Origin: Saccostrea echinata
Lineage: Eukaryota
Direction of reading: 5' to 3'
Assembly (NCBI RefSeq): GCF_033153115.1
Contig: NW_026889751.1
Span: 9,486,001 to 9,550,000, forward strand
Length of the DNA stretch: 64,000 nucleotides
The notes beneath the pieces were generated by a model. That model saw nothing but the letters and a program-made list of their open reading frames with translations. It did no database searches and was not told where the DNA came from. This document shows positions 51,431-64,000 of this stretch, in pieces; the first letter of the stretch is position 1, and each line of letters opens with the position of its first letter. Position numbers and translations under genes: made by a program.

Positions 51431-54374
51431 GCACCAAAAAATAAATCTCTCCAATAATTATATGATCTGAATTATGGGAGAGACATTTATATTCTAGCAT
51501 TACAAAACAACAATATTTAATTAATTGCTGATTTTTTTAAAATAAGTCTTATTTTTATTAAACTCTCCAATGACAGTTATGACTCGTAGACATATCATTT
51601 AGATCCACATTACAAATTATTTAACGGAACTTTGTAACTGGACACTCGGTAATGGTAGTTTGTGATAACAACCTTGTTATTTTGTTTGTTCACAAATTAA
51701 ACACCAGCGTAAGATATTCATAAATGCCACAATACGTGTATTGTGACTGACTTTTACGGTGGTAAAAACACCTTACATACCATGGATAAGTTGTGCGAAT
51801 TATCGTATACATGTAGTTAACATAAATCACACAATGAACTTTTATTTATCATCTCTGTCATATATCATTTATCACAATTTGTTGTAAAGAATATAATTTC
51901 CATACATTGATAATATCAAAAATTATAGTAATATACCGTAATATGTTCGAGAGTAAACAAATTAAATTCACAATAAATCATATTTTTGTGGTTTTTATTT
52001 GCTTATTTGTTTGTATAACCTTATAACTTGCGTCGATTTGATGTATATTATATTAAGATGCAAGCGAATTTTATTATACTGCATTTTTTATCCAACGGTC
52101 GTCCACGTTTTTTTTATTATGTTTTTTTTAGTGTAGACTTCAATATAAAGATCCTCACTGAGTAGTGAATCATTTGTATAGAAATACGTGTAATCAGTAA
52201 ATATATAGAAAATAAACATGTACATACAGATCTTCGCTAAGGTGAAGTATAAAACTTTATATATTCTTCCTGATTATCATAAATCCATGACAGGAGAAAA
52301 TCCCCCCCCTTTTTTTTGGGGGGGGGGGGTCTATATATGTTAATATTTATTTGGTAAAGAGGGATTTTAGTGACATTGATTCCCGCCCTGTTTAATAATT
52401 TCTGTATCACTACAGACTAATCGTTTTTTGCTCCTAGAATTAATCAACCTCTCTCTCTTTCTCTCTCTCTCTGTATAGAGAGAGAGAGAGAGAGAGAGAG
52501 AGTCAATATGTATAATCGTTTATGCGTCCCACTTACAAATGTTTACAAAATTGTTACCGTGAGCTTTGGCGAGTCTCCGAAAAATAGATGAGAATATGAA
52601 GGTAAACTATAGTGATAATTAATTTTTAATTTGATGTGGGCGTTAAGTATTATACTTAATTAAAATTGTTTATTCGACTGAAATGTAAACCTACAGCAGA
52701 TCATTTGATGGTGGTTTTTAGTCTATTCATGGCACACGTTATATCTATATATATCAATGCCAAAGGTTTTATTAACTTTTTAATAGAGAAATACATTTAC
52801 AACAACTGCGTAAAATTTTATTTTTCTGTGGTCAAACTGGATAATGGGCATTGTTTAGCCAGTGTATGGGAAACCACCCATTTAGCTGGTTTTCAATTAT
52901 ATTCGATATATTACTAGTATTATTACTTTTGTAACACATATTGTCATCTTTTAACGGTATCAGAAGATAGTTTTAAAGAGAGATAAACACACTTGCATTG
53001 CAACAATGCTGTTTTCTGTACAACACTGGTGTGTTTGTTTTGCTGGTTCTTGCTTTTTCTTTTTTGACTTTTCTGGATTATAGTTTAAGTATCTTTTATC
53101 AATACAACTCAGATAGCCAGATTTCCTAATTTCTTTGAATACATTTTAGTTCCCGAAATTACATGGATGTATGACAATCAAACAAATTCAATGATTTTAT
53201 AATTTTCAGATAAAAGAAGTTTCTAAACATGTTTTAGAATACATGTAAATCGGTCTGGAACGCTCTTGCCATGTACACAATTAAGTCATGAAACTCAACA
53301 GAAAATGTCGAAGATTATAAACCTCAAATCTGTGTACATGCCCCTTTAATATTTCTGCATCCAGATGACCACAAGTAACGTTGCCATGAAGAAAGGTCTT
53401 GATTGTGTTGACCAACATTTTGGCTATCTAAAGCATTAAGGTAACGGATATGACTTTACACAAGCGCTTAAATAATGTAGAGATTATATATGTACATTGT
53501 AAAAACCAGACCATGTTTAAATTATATATGAAGAAAAACTTAAGCACGCCACAAAGGTAATAATATTGTAGAAACATTGAACCAATTTAATGAGTAAATA
53601 TTACATGGGTATTCAGGTTCATAAACAACGTGATCTTACCTATCCCCATTGTTATTAATGCTGAACACGATTCGCAAAAGGAAAAGAATTTATTTTTATT
53701 TGCCATATTTCTCTTCATTATTTCTAGAGCACCTATACAAGCCGTTCACTTGGTTACGGTTCAATGTCACACGCTTTTCAGGTTTCAACTGCGTGGACGT
53801 ACAGTGTACCCTACATTGTCATTATACATGTACATATAAAATGCCCGCTAGAGACAAAAGTAATTATAGCGTGCTTCTTCCATGACAGGAGAAAAGGTTA
53901 CCGAAGAAATATGACATCAATTGTACGGGGCAATGCAGCAAAACACACAAATACACGTAAAAAAAACCCACACAAATACATGAAAAAAATGTAAACGAAG
54001 GCAATGAAAGCTATGTGTCGTCCATTCCATGCAGATAGCTAGAAAAACCCAGGTATAACAAATGCAAAGGATATACCCCTATCAGGCCGGGTTGTCCCTA
54101 AGAATTTAAATAGCAGGGGATATTAAAAAAGTAGAAGGGGAACTGGTGTTCCTACCTAACAGGGGCTTATGGGTAATACCAGAATAACCGGGGTATTACG
54201 TCATTAAAGGCGGGGAAATTCCCTGCCAGTGCTGACAACTAATATGGAGTGTACGCTCTTGCATAAGAAGGATAACTCTTATTCATTGCAGAAAGCATGA
54301 CGGAAAATGCCGGTCGCTTATGAAACATCCCCATGTGACGTACAAAAAGTGGGAGGATGCCCCCAATTATTTTC

Positions 54375-54743
54375 CATAGGTGTCGGAACCGGGGAAGGGG
54401 GGTTAGCTCCCCCTCCTCCACCTTTTGGCAAAAATAGACATAATATAGGCCTTGAAAATTGGGGCTTAGTCTCCCAAACGTTTTTTTTTGTTGGTTTAGC
54501 CTTCCACGTTCAATTTACATGTACTTCCGACGCCTATGTTTTCCAGGCCTGTAGGAAGCAATTTCAGTGGGGGGGGGGGGGGGCACAGCTATACATTTTC
54601 AGTTGAGGGGGCACTATCAACTACCAAAAATTTCTGACAAGCAAAAAAAAAGGTCATCAGACGTTTTTATTGAGGGGGCACAAGCATATAGTAAGTAAAC
54701 TACATGTATATATCGCCCCCCCCCCCCGGTTCCTACGGCCATG
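54375..54743 (+). mobile_element. Two abutting MITEs (CATAGG...CCTATG 54375-54538 and CAGGCC...GGCCATG 54544-54743)
   Basis: ttttc|A|ttttc|B|tttcc arrangement. Confidence 0.65.
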
Positions 54744-56275
54744 TTTCCCCAATAAATACCCCCCCCCCCAAAAAAATAGAAAAAAGGGGGGAAAGGAAAA
54801 AAACAAACCCCCGGAAATTGCTTCCTAAGGGACTGATGCGAGTCAACCAATGAGAGTAGAATGTATAGAATACATACGTACATGTAGCATGTATAGATGT
54901 GTCTTTTGTTTATCCAAAGATCAGAAAACAGTGCTGTTCCAGATACAAAGACCCTTAAACTTTGAAAAGGATCAAATACATCGCCTAAGCCGGACCTTCT
55001 GTTTGAAGTATCAAGTCTCTTTTTTAACACACAAAAACATATAAACATGTACATTGACACTTATGATCTTAAAAGGGAGGAGAGGCCAGACCAGTATGGT
55101 AGTTGGATTTCTATACAATTAATAGTTTTTTTAAGTTAATTAATGGGGAGAACTTCATTATTCACACATTCAAAATGCATTGTGGAGCAGGAAGAAATCT
55201 GAAAACTATATTGACGTCTTGAATAAACAAACAGTAAGTTAATTCCAATTATAGATAAAATGTTTCTATACATTGCTATCGAAGATATTTTATTAATGCT
55301 TACAAAGATTATAGCCGGAGGGAGTACGCGGTTAACATGACAAGGGAGTAATAAATACATGTACTGCATTGTACATGATGCATTACATTGATGATAAATG
55401 TATTTTTTGCTTGAGCAAGCAAACTGATGTTGTGATGAGAGATGCATCGTTGTGATTTCCTATCCAAAATGTATTCATCAATTTTAAGAAAAGTTTCTGA
55501 TTTCTAAGATCTATATAACAATTAGAATATTATTATAGAGATATGAAGGACTGCAACCAGGAGGATTTTTTTTTTCAGAGTGCATGTGCACACAGAACTA
55601 GAGTACAAATCTCTGCTGACAATTTTTATGTAAGCCAAGAATTTCTAGATTGCTATTTTGTATATGTCTGTCATATATCCAGTAATTTTAAAAATAAGTT
55701 TTTTGCTAGTGCTGTATATATAAAAGATAACGTTAGCTCGTGACGTCTTATTTTTTATCACTAGAAATAAATAAAACAATTATTAACTCCATGCCTAATA
55801 AATCATGTGCTTTATGAGGTAATTGTGTTCAGAAAAAAATATTGTCAAGTCCTGTGATATATGAATCTTATCGGCAAAAGTGCACAGCCATATTTGGATA
55901 TTTTAACTACAGAACAAAGATTAAAAAAAAATAGATATGGGTGGTACCTCCTTAATTTTAACTAAGACTGATATTCAATCATGTAAAATCGATTTATATT
56001 GGCAGAACAGAAATAGAAATCTTTGTAGCACTACAACTCCATCTCGCATTCCTCTAGATTTTCCAATATTGATTTCAGCATTGGATTTGTCCATAGAGTC
56101 CTTCCCACACAAATTATTGATTTTTTTCTCCTCGGTAGAGCGTTAGTTATCCCTCCATCTTGTTTAAGGCATTTCTCTCAGTAAAAACAAATCCTGTTCA
56201 GTGACAAAAACAGAAGCTAAATGACAATGTGATCTGAGCGCTGACGTATATATATATTAGACGATAAGAACAGTC

Positions 56276-59200
56276 ATGGCCGCGGCCATTGTAGGATATT
56301 TGGCTGTGGCCAATATTTTGGTTTTAACTGCTTATGGACGAGCTACAAAATATGGACAAATCGCTCTCGCTGATCTGCCAAGATTATTTGATGTAAGTAA
56401 CATTTTTTAAAAGTCTTATCTAATGTTATTTCACAGGTTCTTTTTATCTTTCACGTAAGGAATTTTGAATGATTGACTGAGTGACTGAGTATACAGTTAT
56501 AAACATGTAAATAAGACCTAATGCCTATAGAATTTATTTTTTACTTGCCTTTATATCTAGTTTCATTATACAGTTATTTCAAATAATGTGGAAATGTACA
56601 ATAGATCAATATGTGTATAGTATCAATTACTACACTGTTAAGTATTCAACAACTACGGTGTACAAGTCTACTCAATTGGTCAATAGTTTAATAAGGCCTT
56701 ACGTCAATAATTTCAAACTGTAACAGGTTGAATTAGTTATCTGGAACTTTTATTTGTTCTATAATTATTCTGAGAGTTAGTTTTATCATATGTTCTTAAC
56801 TGCTATGTTAAAGTCATTATCTCGATCGTGGACAGTACCTGGTGTCACTTTCACATTATGGGATTCCCTAAACTACACTGTAATATGATTTTGTTTACAT
56901 TTATATACATGTAAATAGATAGATTAATTAAATTGCAGTGAGATTATGCAAAAATGTTTAATATTACATTTTTTTTTCTAGATTTATGGATGTAGGAAAA
57001 ATCGATTTATTACTTTAAATTCATACAAGATGTTACTACTATAGTTTTATAATTCAAAATGGTTGTATTCGAGCTGGAAGTAAAGACCCTCTATACTCAG
57101 TGGTGTTAAGCCGATATGCGTACCAGTAGGAAAGCATGTCCCAAGATGGCGAAAAGCTCGACAGCTTCGAAAGTTTTCATCGCTGGATATAATTGTTATG
57201 ATTTAATTCTTTCGGTGAATTAGAATGTTTTGAATTTATAATGAGTCTTTAAACCTAACCTTACGTAGATGAATCCATAAATGCAAAATAAGTGATATTT
57301 TACGCGTAAATGAAAACAGTAATGATGTGCGTGCCTACATAATTAGAATTATACAAGTAGGTTCCGTGTCAATTTGTGAGCTACTGGATATCCATACCAT
57401 GAAAATACAATCCAATCTCTCTCTCTCTCTCTCTCTCTCTCTAAATATGTTATCTAATTTAATGAGAAATCACCCCCCCACCCCTTATAAAACAGACAGA
57501 AAGTAGCAACATATACCCTACTACAATAGAATAAATGCAAAGGAGGTATTTGGGAAGATTTTTTATAATGAGCAAAAATAAGCGTGCGAAGGTATACACA
57601 AAACGTACATACCGGTGATGTAGAGTAGGATTTCCCCCATACCCAGCCCCCCCCCCCCGAATCTGATTTCTATGACTTCCCCCAGAGGGGGGAAAGTACA
57701 AATTTCGGTGGGGTGGGGGTGGCTATGGGAGAAATCCTATTATACAACACCGGTAGTAATCTAAAACATTACTTCTACCTTCTCGTCAGCTATGATCAAT
57801 AAAATTCACAGTTAACCTTACAGTAAATTTATACAAATGAAATGTCATGTTTAGAAAATATACATAATTTAAATGAAAAAGACTTTTGTAGATACATTGT
57901 ACATGTATATGTGTATGTATGGTAATATTCATACTAAAGCACTAAGGCCAATCCTCTCACTTTTTATGGTTAGTATGTTGAAATGCCCACTATATCGTTC
58001 AGATTATTTTCTGCAGAAAAAATGAGAGTATTAAGCCCCTCCAAGATTTCAGTTTTGTGAAATAGCCAACAGCCTACTCCCCTTCCCTTTTTTTTAACTT
58101 CACTTCTGTTTTTTTGTGTGTTTTTTTGGTGGCCAACCCCAACCCCCAACCCCCAACCCCCCCATCCTGGAAAAACCTTGCAGTTGAATTTAAAAGCAAT
58201 TTATTTTACCTGAAACCACCCGTACAAAAAAATCTATTTGCACCATTACGGAGATCCGATGGAATTGTAGCCCTCTCCTGAAAATATCAGATAATAAATA
58301 TCGGAGAGGGCTACATTATTGCAGCTACTAATAAAACAAATGACAAATATTTTAAAAGAAAAGTGGGACTAGTTTTATTCATTACACGATTTTAAATTTT
58401 TAAGCTAGTTTCCAGTAAACTTCTCGTAAAAATTAATTTACAACCTACTTTTACTTTTTTAAAACGTTCTATGGTGTCTTTTGGTAACAAAGAACCAAGG
58501 TGACACCTTTCAAATCTACGTGATGTCATTCCATTTTTATACAGGATGGTGCTTTGTTTGATGAGATCTACGATCAAAGAAGTGTATTTCCAGCACCGGA
58601 AATGGTCCCTCATTGGCCCGGACATGACGTCAAAGTGGGCCAAGTAGGTGGCATAGCAGTTGATAGTAACAACGAAGTATTAGTTTTCCACAGAGGAAGC
58701 AGACAGTGGGATTACAAGTAAGAATTAAGAGAATGTTTATATACAGGATAGGTCTCTATTGTTTTCAAATACAGAAGTAATGGTAACTGCGTATTTCAAA
58801 CTACTGGTATCCCAAATGCTAGTACTATTCAGTACTTCTGTCTGAAAATTATTTTACATATCATTCTCTATATCTTTGTAGTTCTTTCGACCAAAACAAC
58901 AGATTTATCGACCCTGATGGACGTGGACCAATTAAAGAGAATACTTTAGTCAGGGTGGACCCAGTCACAGGACATGGTATTGAGAGTTTTGGCGCCGGAA
59001 AGTAAGTTTGAGAACGATTCCAACTAAAAAATGAATTTAATCATAATTCTGTTTTCTACAATGAATTCTTGTTTGTCTTTTTCTTAAATATCCAATTACT
59101 TTTTATAGATTTTATATGCCCCATGGACTGACTATTGATAAAGAGGGAAATATCTGGGTCACGGATGTTGGATTACACCAGGTTTAATTTCTAGTTTTCT

Positions 59201-62200
59201 CTGTTTTTTGACTGCTTAATAAATTCACCATGCAGAATGAAACTATACTAAGATTTTAGATAATTATTTTGTAGGTCATGAAAATTCCGAAAGGTTCCCA
59301 GGAACCAAATTTAACTCTGGGTGTTCGTCTTACACCTGGAAATGACGACACACATTTCTGTAAGCCTACCGATGTTGCCGTTGCCTCTAACGGCGACTTC
59401 TTCGTTTCAGATGGGTATGCTACTATAATATTTATGTCAATTCAACGATTGGTGTGTTTTTTTAATTATTAGGGTATAATTAATAATTTTTTCCCCATCC
59501 GACAGATATTGCAACGGTCGAGTAATGAAGTTCAATAAAGAGGGGAAGTTGTTGCATCAGTGGGGTAGAATGTTTGAAGGTAAAGGGAAATAAGAAGTTC
59601 AAACTTTACAAAAGCACGTAAGGTCAGACAGAATTGATGTTTGAATTTGATTCAAGCAAATACAGAAAATAGAGAAAAAAGTAGAGCATCTTGAAAAAAA
59701 AATTTAGTTTGAGGTATATACGATCTTTTTGCAGAAAAAAAAAAATTGTTACTTTACTTTGTCAAAGGCAATGAACTTCTTATTTAGAAGTTTGGAAAAA
59801 GTTTAAAAGAGTGTTCGAAAATACACGAAAATGATTTTTGTCCTCATGAATCTTGCACACACATATTCATATATAAAGACCTTGGATATATACAAGTCAT
59901 GTATATAAGTATTATGAACCTTTTAGGACCAGTAAATTCGGCTGGGAACGAAGATTTCTTTATTCCACACAGTGTGACCCTTATCGAGTCACGTGACACG
60001 ATCTGTGTGGCTGACAGAGAACATGGGAGGTAAGTTACATGTAATTGGACATGTTTATTTTCGAAGTAAATGTTTATTTGTAACTTTAGTCTACAAAAGT
60101 TATTCTAATGTTTAAAGTGTTGCAATCTTATCTCTGTACTAGATGGTACTACTAAGCAAGGTCCACCCTCTCTCTCTGTTTAACAGAGGGTAGCTTCAGA
60201 ACTGTAGCTTTTCTGGTTGAGAAAATTCGGACACACAAACCAGAGACCGAATTTTCTCAACCGCTACAGTTCTCCAGCTAAACAGAGGGAAAATGAGCCT
60301 TAAATTCTTTTTTTAAGGATTCAGTGTTTCTGTGCTGGTCTGAAGAATGCCAATGAGACGGGTCAGTTTGTATCCAGTATAAACCACCGAGAATTCGGAA
60401 AAGTGTTCGCTATTTCCTATGATCCAAACTGTAAGTACTGAAAGAAGAGCTGTGCTGTTGTAGTGTATTGCACAGACTGGTAGAGATTTAAAAAGACATG
60501 TGATAGTCAAAATTGTTTTGTGTCAGTTGAAGAAGCACAGAAGAGTTTAAAGTGAAACTCCTGCCAGGGGCGAAATAATACGGGTTGTGTGTCTTCGAAA
60601 TACAATTTAAAGTTGGAGAAATGCAGTTGTTTGGGCAATATGGACCCTTGGTATCAGCCTTAATAGATCAGTGGTTAGAGCACCTGAATAGGGTCCCTGG
60701 TTCGATTCCCGATCCAGGCATATTTTTTTTTCTTCTACCGGTGTCGGTAGCCTAGTGATAGGGCGTTCACATTGTTCGGGAGGTTCCGGGTTCGATTCTC
60801 GTTCCCGGCACCGCATTAAACCTAAGACGGTTTACGTATGTAGTGACTGTTCCGTCGCCAAGCGCCCGGTACCAGAATTGAAAGTCGCGGGTCTTTCGGA
60901 TGAGAAAGATTAAATCAAACAAGTTGTAGTATATAGGGCTTACCCACTACTCAGCCCCCTACCCTATCACTGCTACCCACAAAAAAGCGTAAATTTGTGC
61001 TTAAGGATATCCGATCCTCAGCCAGGAAGGATAATTCTTAAATTTATTATTTATTTAAAAAGTCTCAAAATGAAGCTTGAAATTGAGATCTTTTAATGCA
61101 ACAATTTTCATTTTATGCATCTCAATATGATTCAAGGTTCTTTGAAGTCTTAGAAGCAATCTTTTAAAAAGTTGACATTTGTACCCAATAAAATAAAAAA
61201 AAATAAATTCATTTTTAGATAAATCAAATTTCCTTTCATCTAGCATTATAGATACCAATTCTTATTTGTATGATATGAAATAAGATGTGATATGTGATGT
61301 CTAGCAATGATAGCACAAGTTTCTTACACTATGTATTACATAATAATTGAAGTAAAGAGAAGAACTAAAATACCGTATAAGCATAAAAAAGATGCAATTT
61401 TCTCCAAATGCCTTGATACCTATATTTTTGTTATCCTATATTATATTTTTTGATCAATTTTCAATAAGAAATGCATAGCTGGTATTCTTATAAAATATAT
61501 TTGAGATCTGATAATTTTCCCTATATAAAATGATTAACTATAATGATGAACTTTGAAGAAATACCATGGGCAATTCCACGTTACTATGTGAAACCAGAGA
61601 CATTTTGTGAGCATTTTCAATTACTTAAGGAGACTGGGGGGTCAACAAATTAACCATCAGATATAACTTATTTTTTTAGATATGATATCTTAAGCTGTCA
61701 ACTATCATTTGGCAAAGAAAAAAATTCATACATTTTAGTTTTAAAATTTGATCATTTTTGTATATCTTTATATGGAGCTCTTCTTCTAAAGGAGATCAAT
61801 ATAGTCTAAAAATGGCCACGACCACCAAGCCCTCTTAAAAGCTGATTTTCCGAATCTGAGGATCGGACTACCTTAAGAGGTTTAGCAGACTAGTACTGTA
61901 TATCTAATACTAAGTACACGTATTTAGAAATGAGTTAAAACAGTGCAACATGGAACAAATTTTAATTGATATATTTCTGATTTGTGTGTCCACTCTGAAA
62001 ATCTGACCCGACATTTTATGTTAACTTGTGCAGTGGGTGTTTATTTATGCTGTAATTATATATTTTATACTGGGTGTGATCTATGCTGTAAATAAATGTG
62101 ATCTATGATGTAAATAACTATTTTGGGTGTGATCTATGCCCTAAATGGATGTGATCTATGGTGTAAATAATTTTTTTTTTCAGTGGATGTGATCTATGCT

Positions 62201-62637
62201 GTAAATGGCCAAACTTACTTCGTCTCCGAGGTGGTCGGTTTCACTTTAGAACTCTCAGGAAACATTGTTGAAAAATGGTCTCCTTCAGGAATGGTAACCT
62301 TCTCTTCTCAGTTTGAACATCACATTTTTTTTTTCAAAATCGATAATTTTTGATCATTCTCAGTAATGTCGAAAGACATGGAGTCAGTCAAAATATATGA
62401 TACTGAAAATTTACTAAATGTAATCGTAATTTTTCGGTTATTTCCGTAACCTGAAATTACAGTTTTCGGTTACGGAAAAGGACGAGCATGATCTGAATGA
62501 TAGTTATCATTACTCTTTTGTTATCCCTGTTGCAGGGCTTTCAGATGCCCCATGACGTAGCTGTCTCCCCCGATGGTTCCAGTATCTACGTAGGTGAGGT
62601 CACTCCTGACAGAGTCACAAAGTTCAGAAGATCCTGA
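56276..62637 (+). CDS. PAL: Monofunctional peptidyl-alpha-hydroxyglycine alpha-amidating lyase (NHL beta-propeller), ~374 aa; exons 56276-56392, 58545-58717, 58882-59001, 59109-59181, 59275-59414, 59506-59579, 59927-60029, 60318-60430, 62184-62293, 62536-62637
   Basis: All GT-AG with consistent phases. Signal peptide; motifs VFHRG, FYMPHGLTID, WVTDVGLHQV, FCKPTDVAV, DGYCN, PHS, CVADREHGRIQCF and PHDVAV. Confidence 0.93.
57612..57753. mobile_element. MITE with TA TSD in PAL intron 1
   Basis: ta|CCGGTGATGTAGAGTAGGATTTC...GAAATCCTATTATACAACACCGG|ta. Confidence 0.7.
60191..60280. mobile_element. 90-bp foldback mini-transposon with perfect 9-bp TSD, in PAL intron 7
   Basis: aacagaggg|TAGCTTCAGAACTGTAGC...GCTACAGTTCTCCAGCTA|aacagaggg. 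Confidence 0.85.
60657..60925 (+). mobile_element. tRNA-like remnant (60657-~60720) followed by a tRNA-derived SINE (60738-~60925) in PAL intron 8
   Basis: Two A-box/B-box pairs (tagatcagtggttagagc + ggttcgattccc; tagcctagtgatagggc + ggttcgattctc) without intact cloverleaves; the second continues into a SINE-like body. Confidence 0.7.
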
Positions 62638-64000
62638 TTCCAAAAATATGTTGTCTGTTTGAAAGAAACATGTTTACTTCTCAATGTTTAGTGTTGTTTT
62701 GTCAACCTTCACACCATCAAAAATAGGCATAAAATCGACATGAATTTGAGAAATCATCCATCAAAATCTACCAACTAAACAACACAATTTCCTTGTATGA
62801 ATTTTTTGTATCTTTAATATCAAAAACTTTAGAGAAACAAAGGTGTACATTCCATTTACCTTCCTTGAACCAAAGGAAGAAAATTAAAGACTTAGTGCTC
62901 TGGCACTCAATGCTCTTTCACGAAACTTGCGTTTTGCGGTAAACATTGAGACTCGACCTGATGTACGTTTCAAGCACCATATCATTCATAGTTGTTATAT
63001 TCATAAACCATGATTGTTTATTTCACTGTTACATGTAATTCTGAATATTACTGCCCACCATTTCTACATGAAACAGCAGCATTTGCTTTTCCGTACCGAT
63101 TTTGACCGTTTCCTCCAGGGTTTAATGAGGGTAAGAAAAGTCTGATTTCGCGTATAAGGAATATTTCTATGAATTGTAAATGTATTATTTGTGTTTGTGA
63201 TATCAATAAGTAAAACGTTTAACTATCAAGCGGCTTTTCCTACTTAAATTGTGATTTTGCAGAGTGAACGTTTTGTCAATTTGAATTATTATTGTGGTGT
63301 GTTTTTAAATATAGGAGTTCAGAAATTTTCACGTATAACTCTCTCGTGGAATTGTATTGTTTTTTATTCAAAACTGTGGAACTGATTTTCCTCAGGAACT
63401 GTTTTATTTGCCTTCTGTAGATGTATAATTGAAAAATCTGCTTAAGGACTTTCAAAATCTAGTCATTGATTTTTGTTTGAAATAAAGGTCGTCGTTTTGT
63501 TGCATACGTTATTCGTTGTTAATTATCAAGTATTTAGAATGTATTTACTTACTGCACTAGCGCAGAAATAGGAGACAGATATTCGAATTTAAGGATTCAC
63601 TTATTTTTTTATTCTGCACCTCCTAGATCACGGAAGAAGTGGATGAAAACGATACTATGGTTAAATTGCTGAGATGACATGAACATTGTTGAAAATGGAT
63701 TCTGAAAATTTTCTTTAGAGAAGTGGAAAGGCATAGTGTACATCCAGATGGATGCAGGCTATGTTTGTCCACTTCACTTAAGTAAGAGGATAGGATTATG
63801 TGCAGTGGAGTTATCAACAGTATACAAGACACACCTTCTGTCCTATATGATGCAGATTTTCTGCATTTCCCATTTTATGATGCCTTTTCCCGTGGTGTTT
63901 CCTTTTTACTCTCGCCTAGACAAGAAAACCCGAGATATGTTTGATTGGAATTGTTCCATTCATATATCGAGACAAGCTTAATTTTCACTCCAAGATCCAA

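Noticed and set aside
52150-52200. Possible degenerate hammerhead ribozyme (ctga...gaaa)
   Set aside because: The CUGAnGA core and stems are not intact.

Overview
AT-rich, intron-containing animal genomic DNA, most likely an oyster or other bivalve (inferred from ~167-bp Cg170-like satellite arrays inside Helentron-type elements and a bivalve-like tRNA-derived SINE). Four host genes can be reconstructed: (1) a 2-exon secreted or membrane-anchored acidic Glu/Pro/Thr/Ser decapeptide-repeat protein (166-1574, -); (2) a 7-exon RFXANK/ANKRA2-family ankyrin gene (15273-25139, +); (3) an intronless CE4 chitin-deacetylase-like gene with a long C-terminal tail (38140-40116, -); (4) a 10-exon stand-alone peptidyl-alpha-hydroxyglycine alpha-amidating lyase (PAL; 56276-62637, +). 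There is also an intronless tRNA-Arg(TCT). The most structured object is a four-level nest: intron 1 of the ankyrin gene holds a structurally complete DIRS tyrosine-recombinase retrotransposon (Gag, RT/RNase H/methyltransferase, YR, ITRs, internal complementary region). Its recombinase ORF is split by a non-autonomous Helentron (HINE) carrying a satellite array. A second HINE splits the RT ORF of a LINE. The window also holds tiny foldback elements with 9-bp target duplications, several MITE families and a decayed exon chain at 4.4-8.4 kb. I found no clearly new biological system; the best leads are listed as findings.
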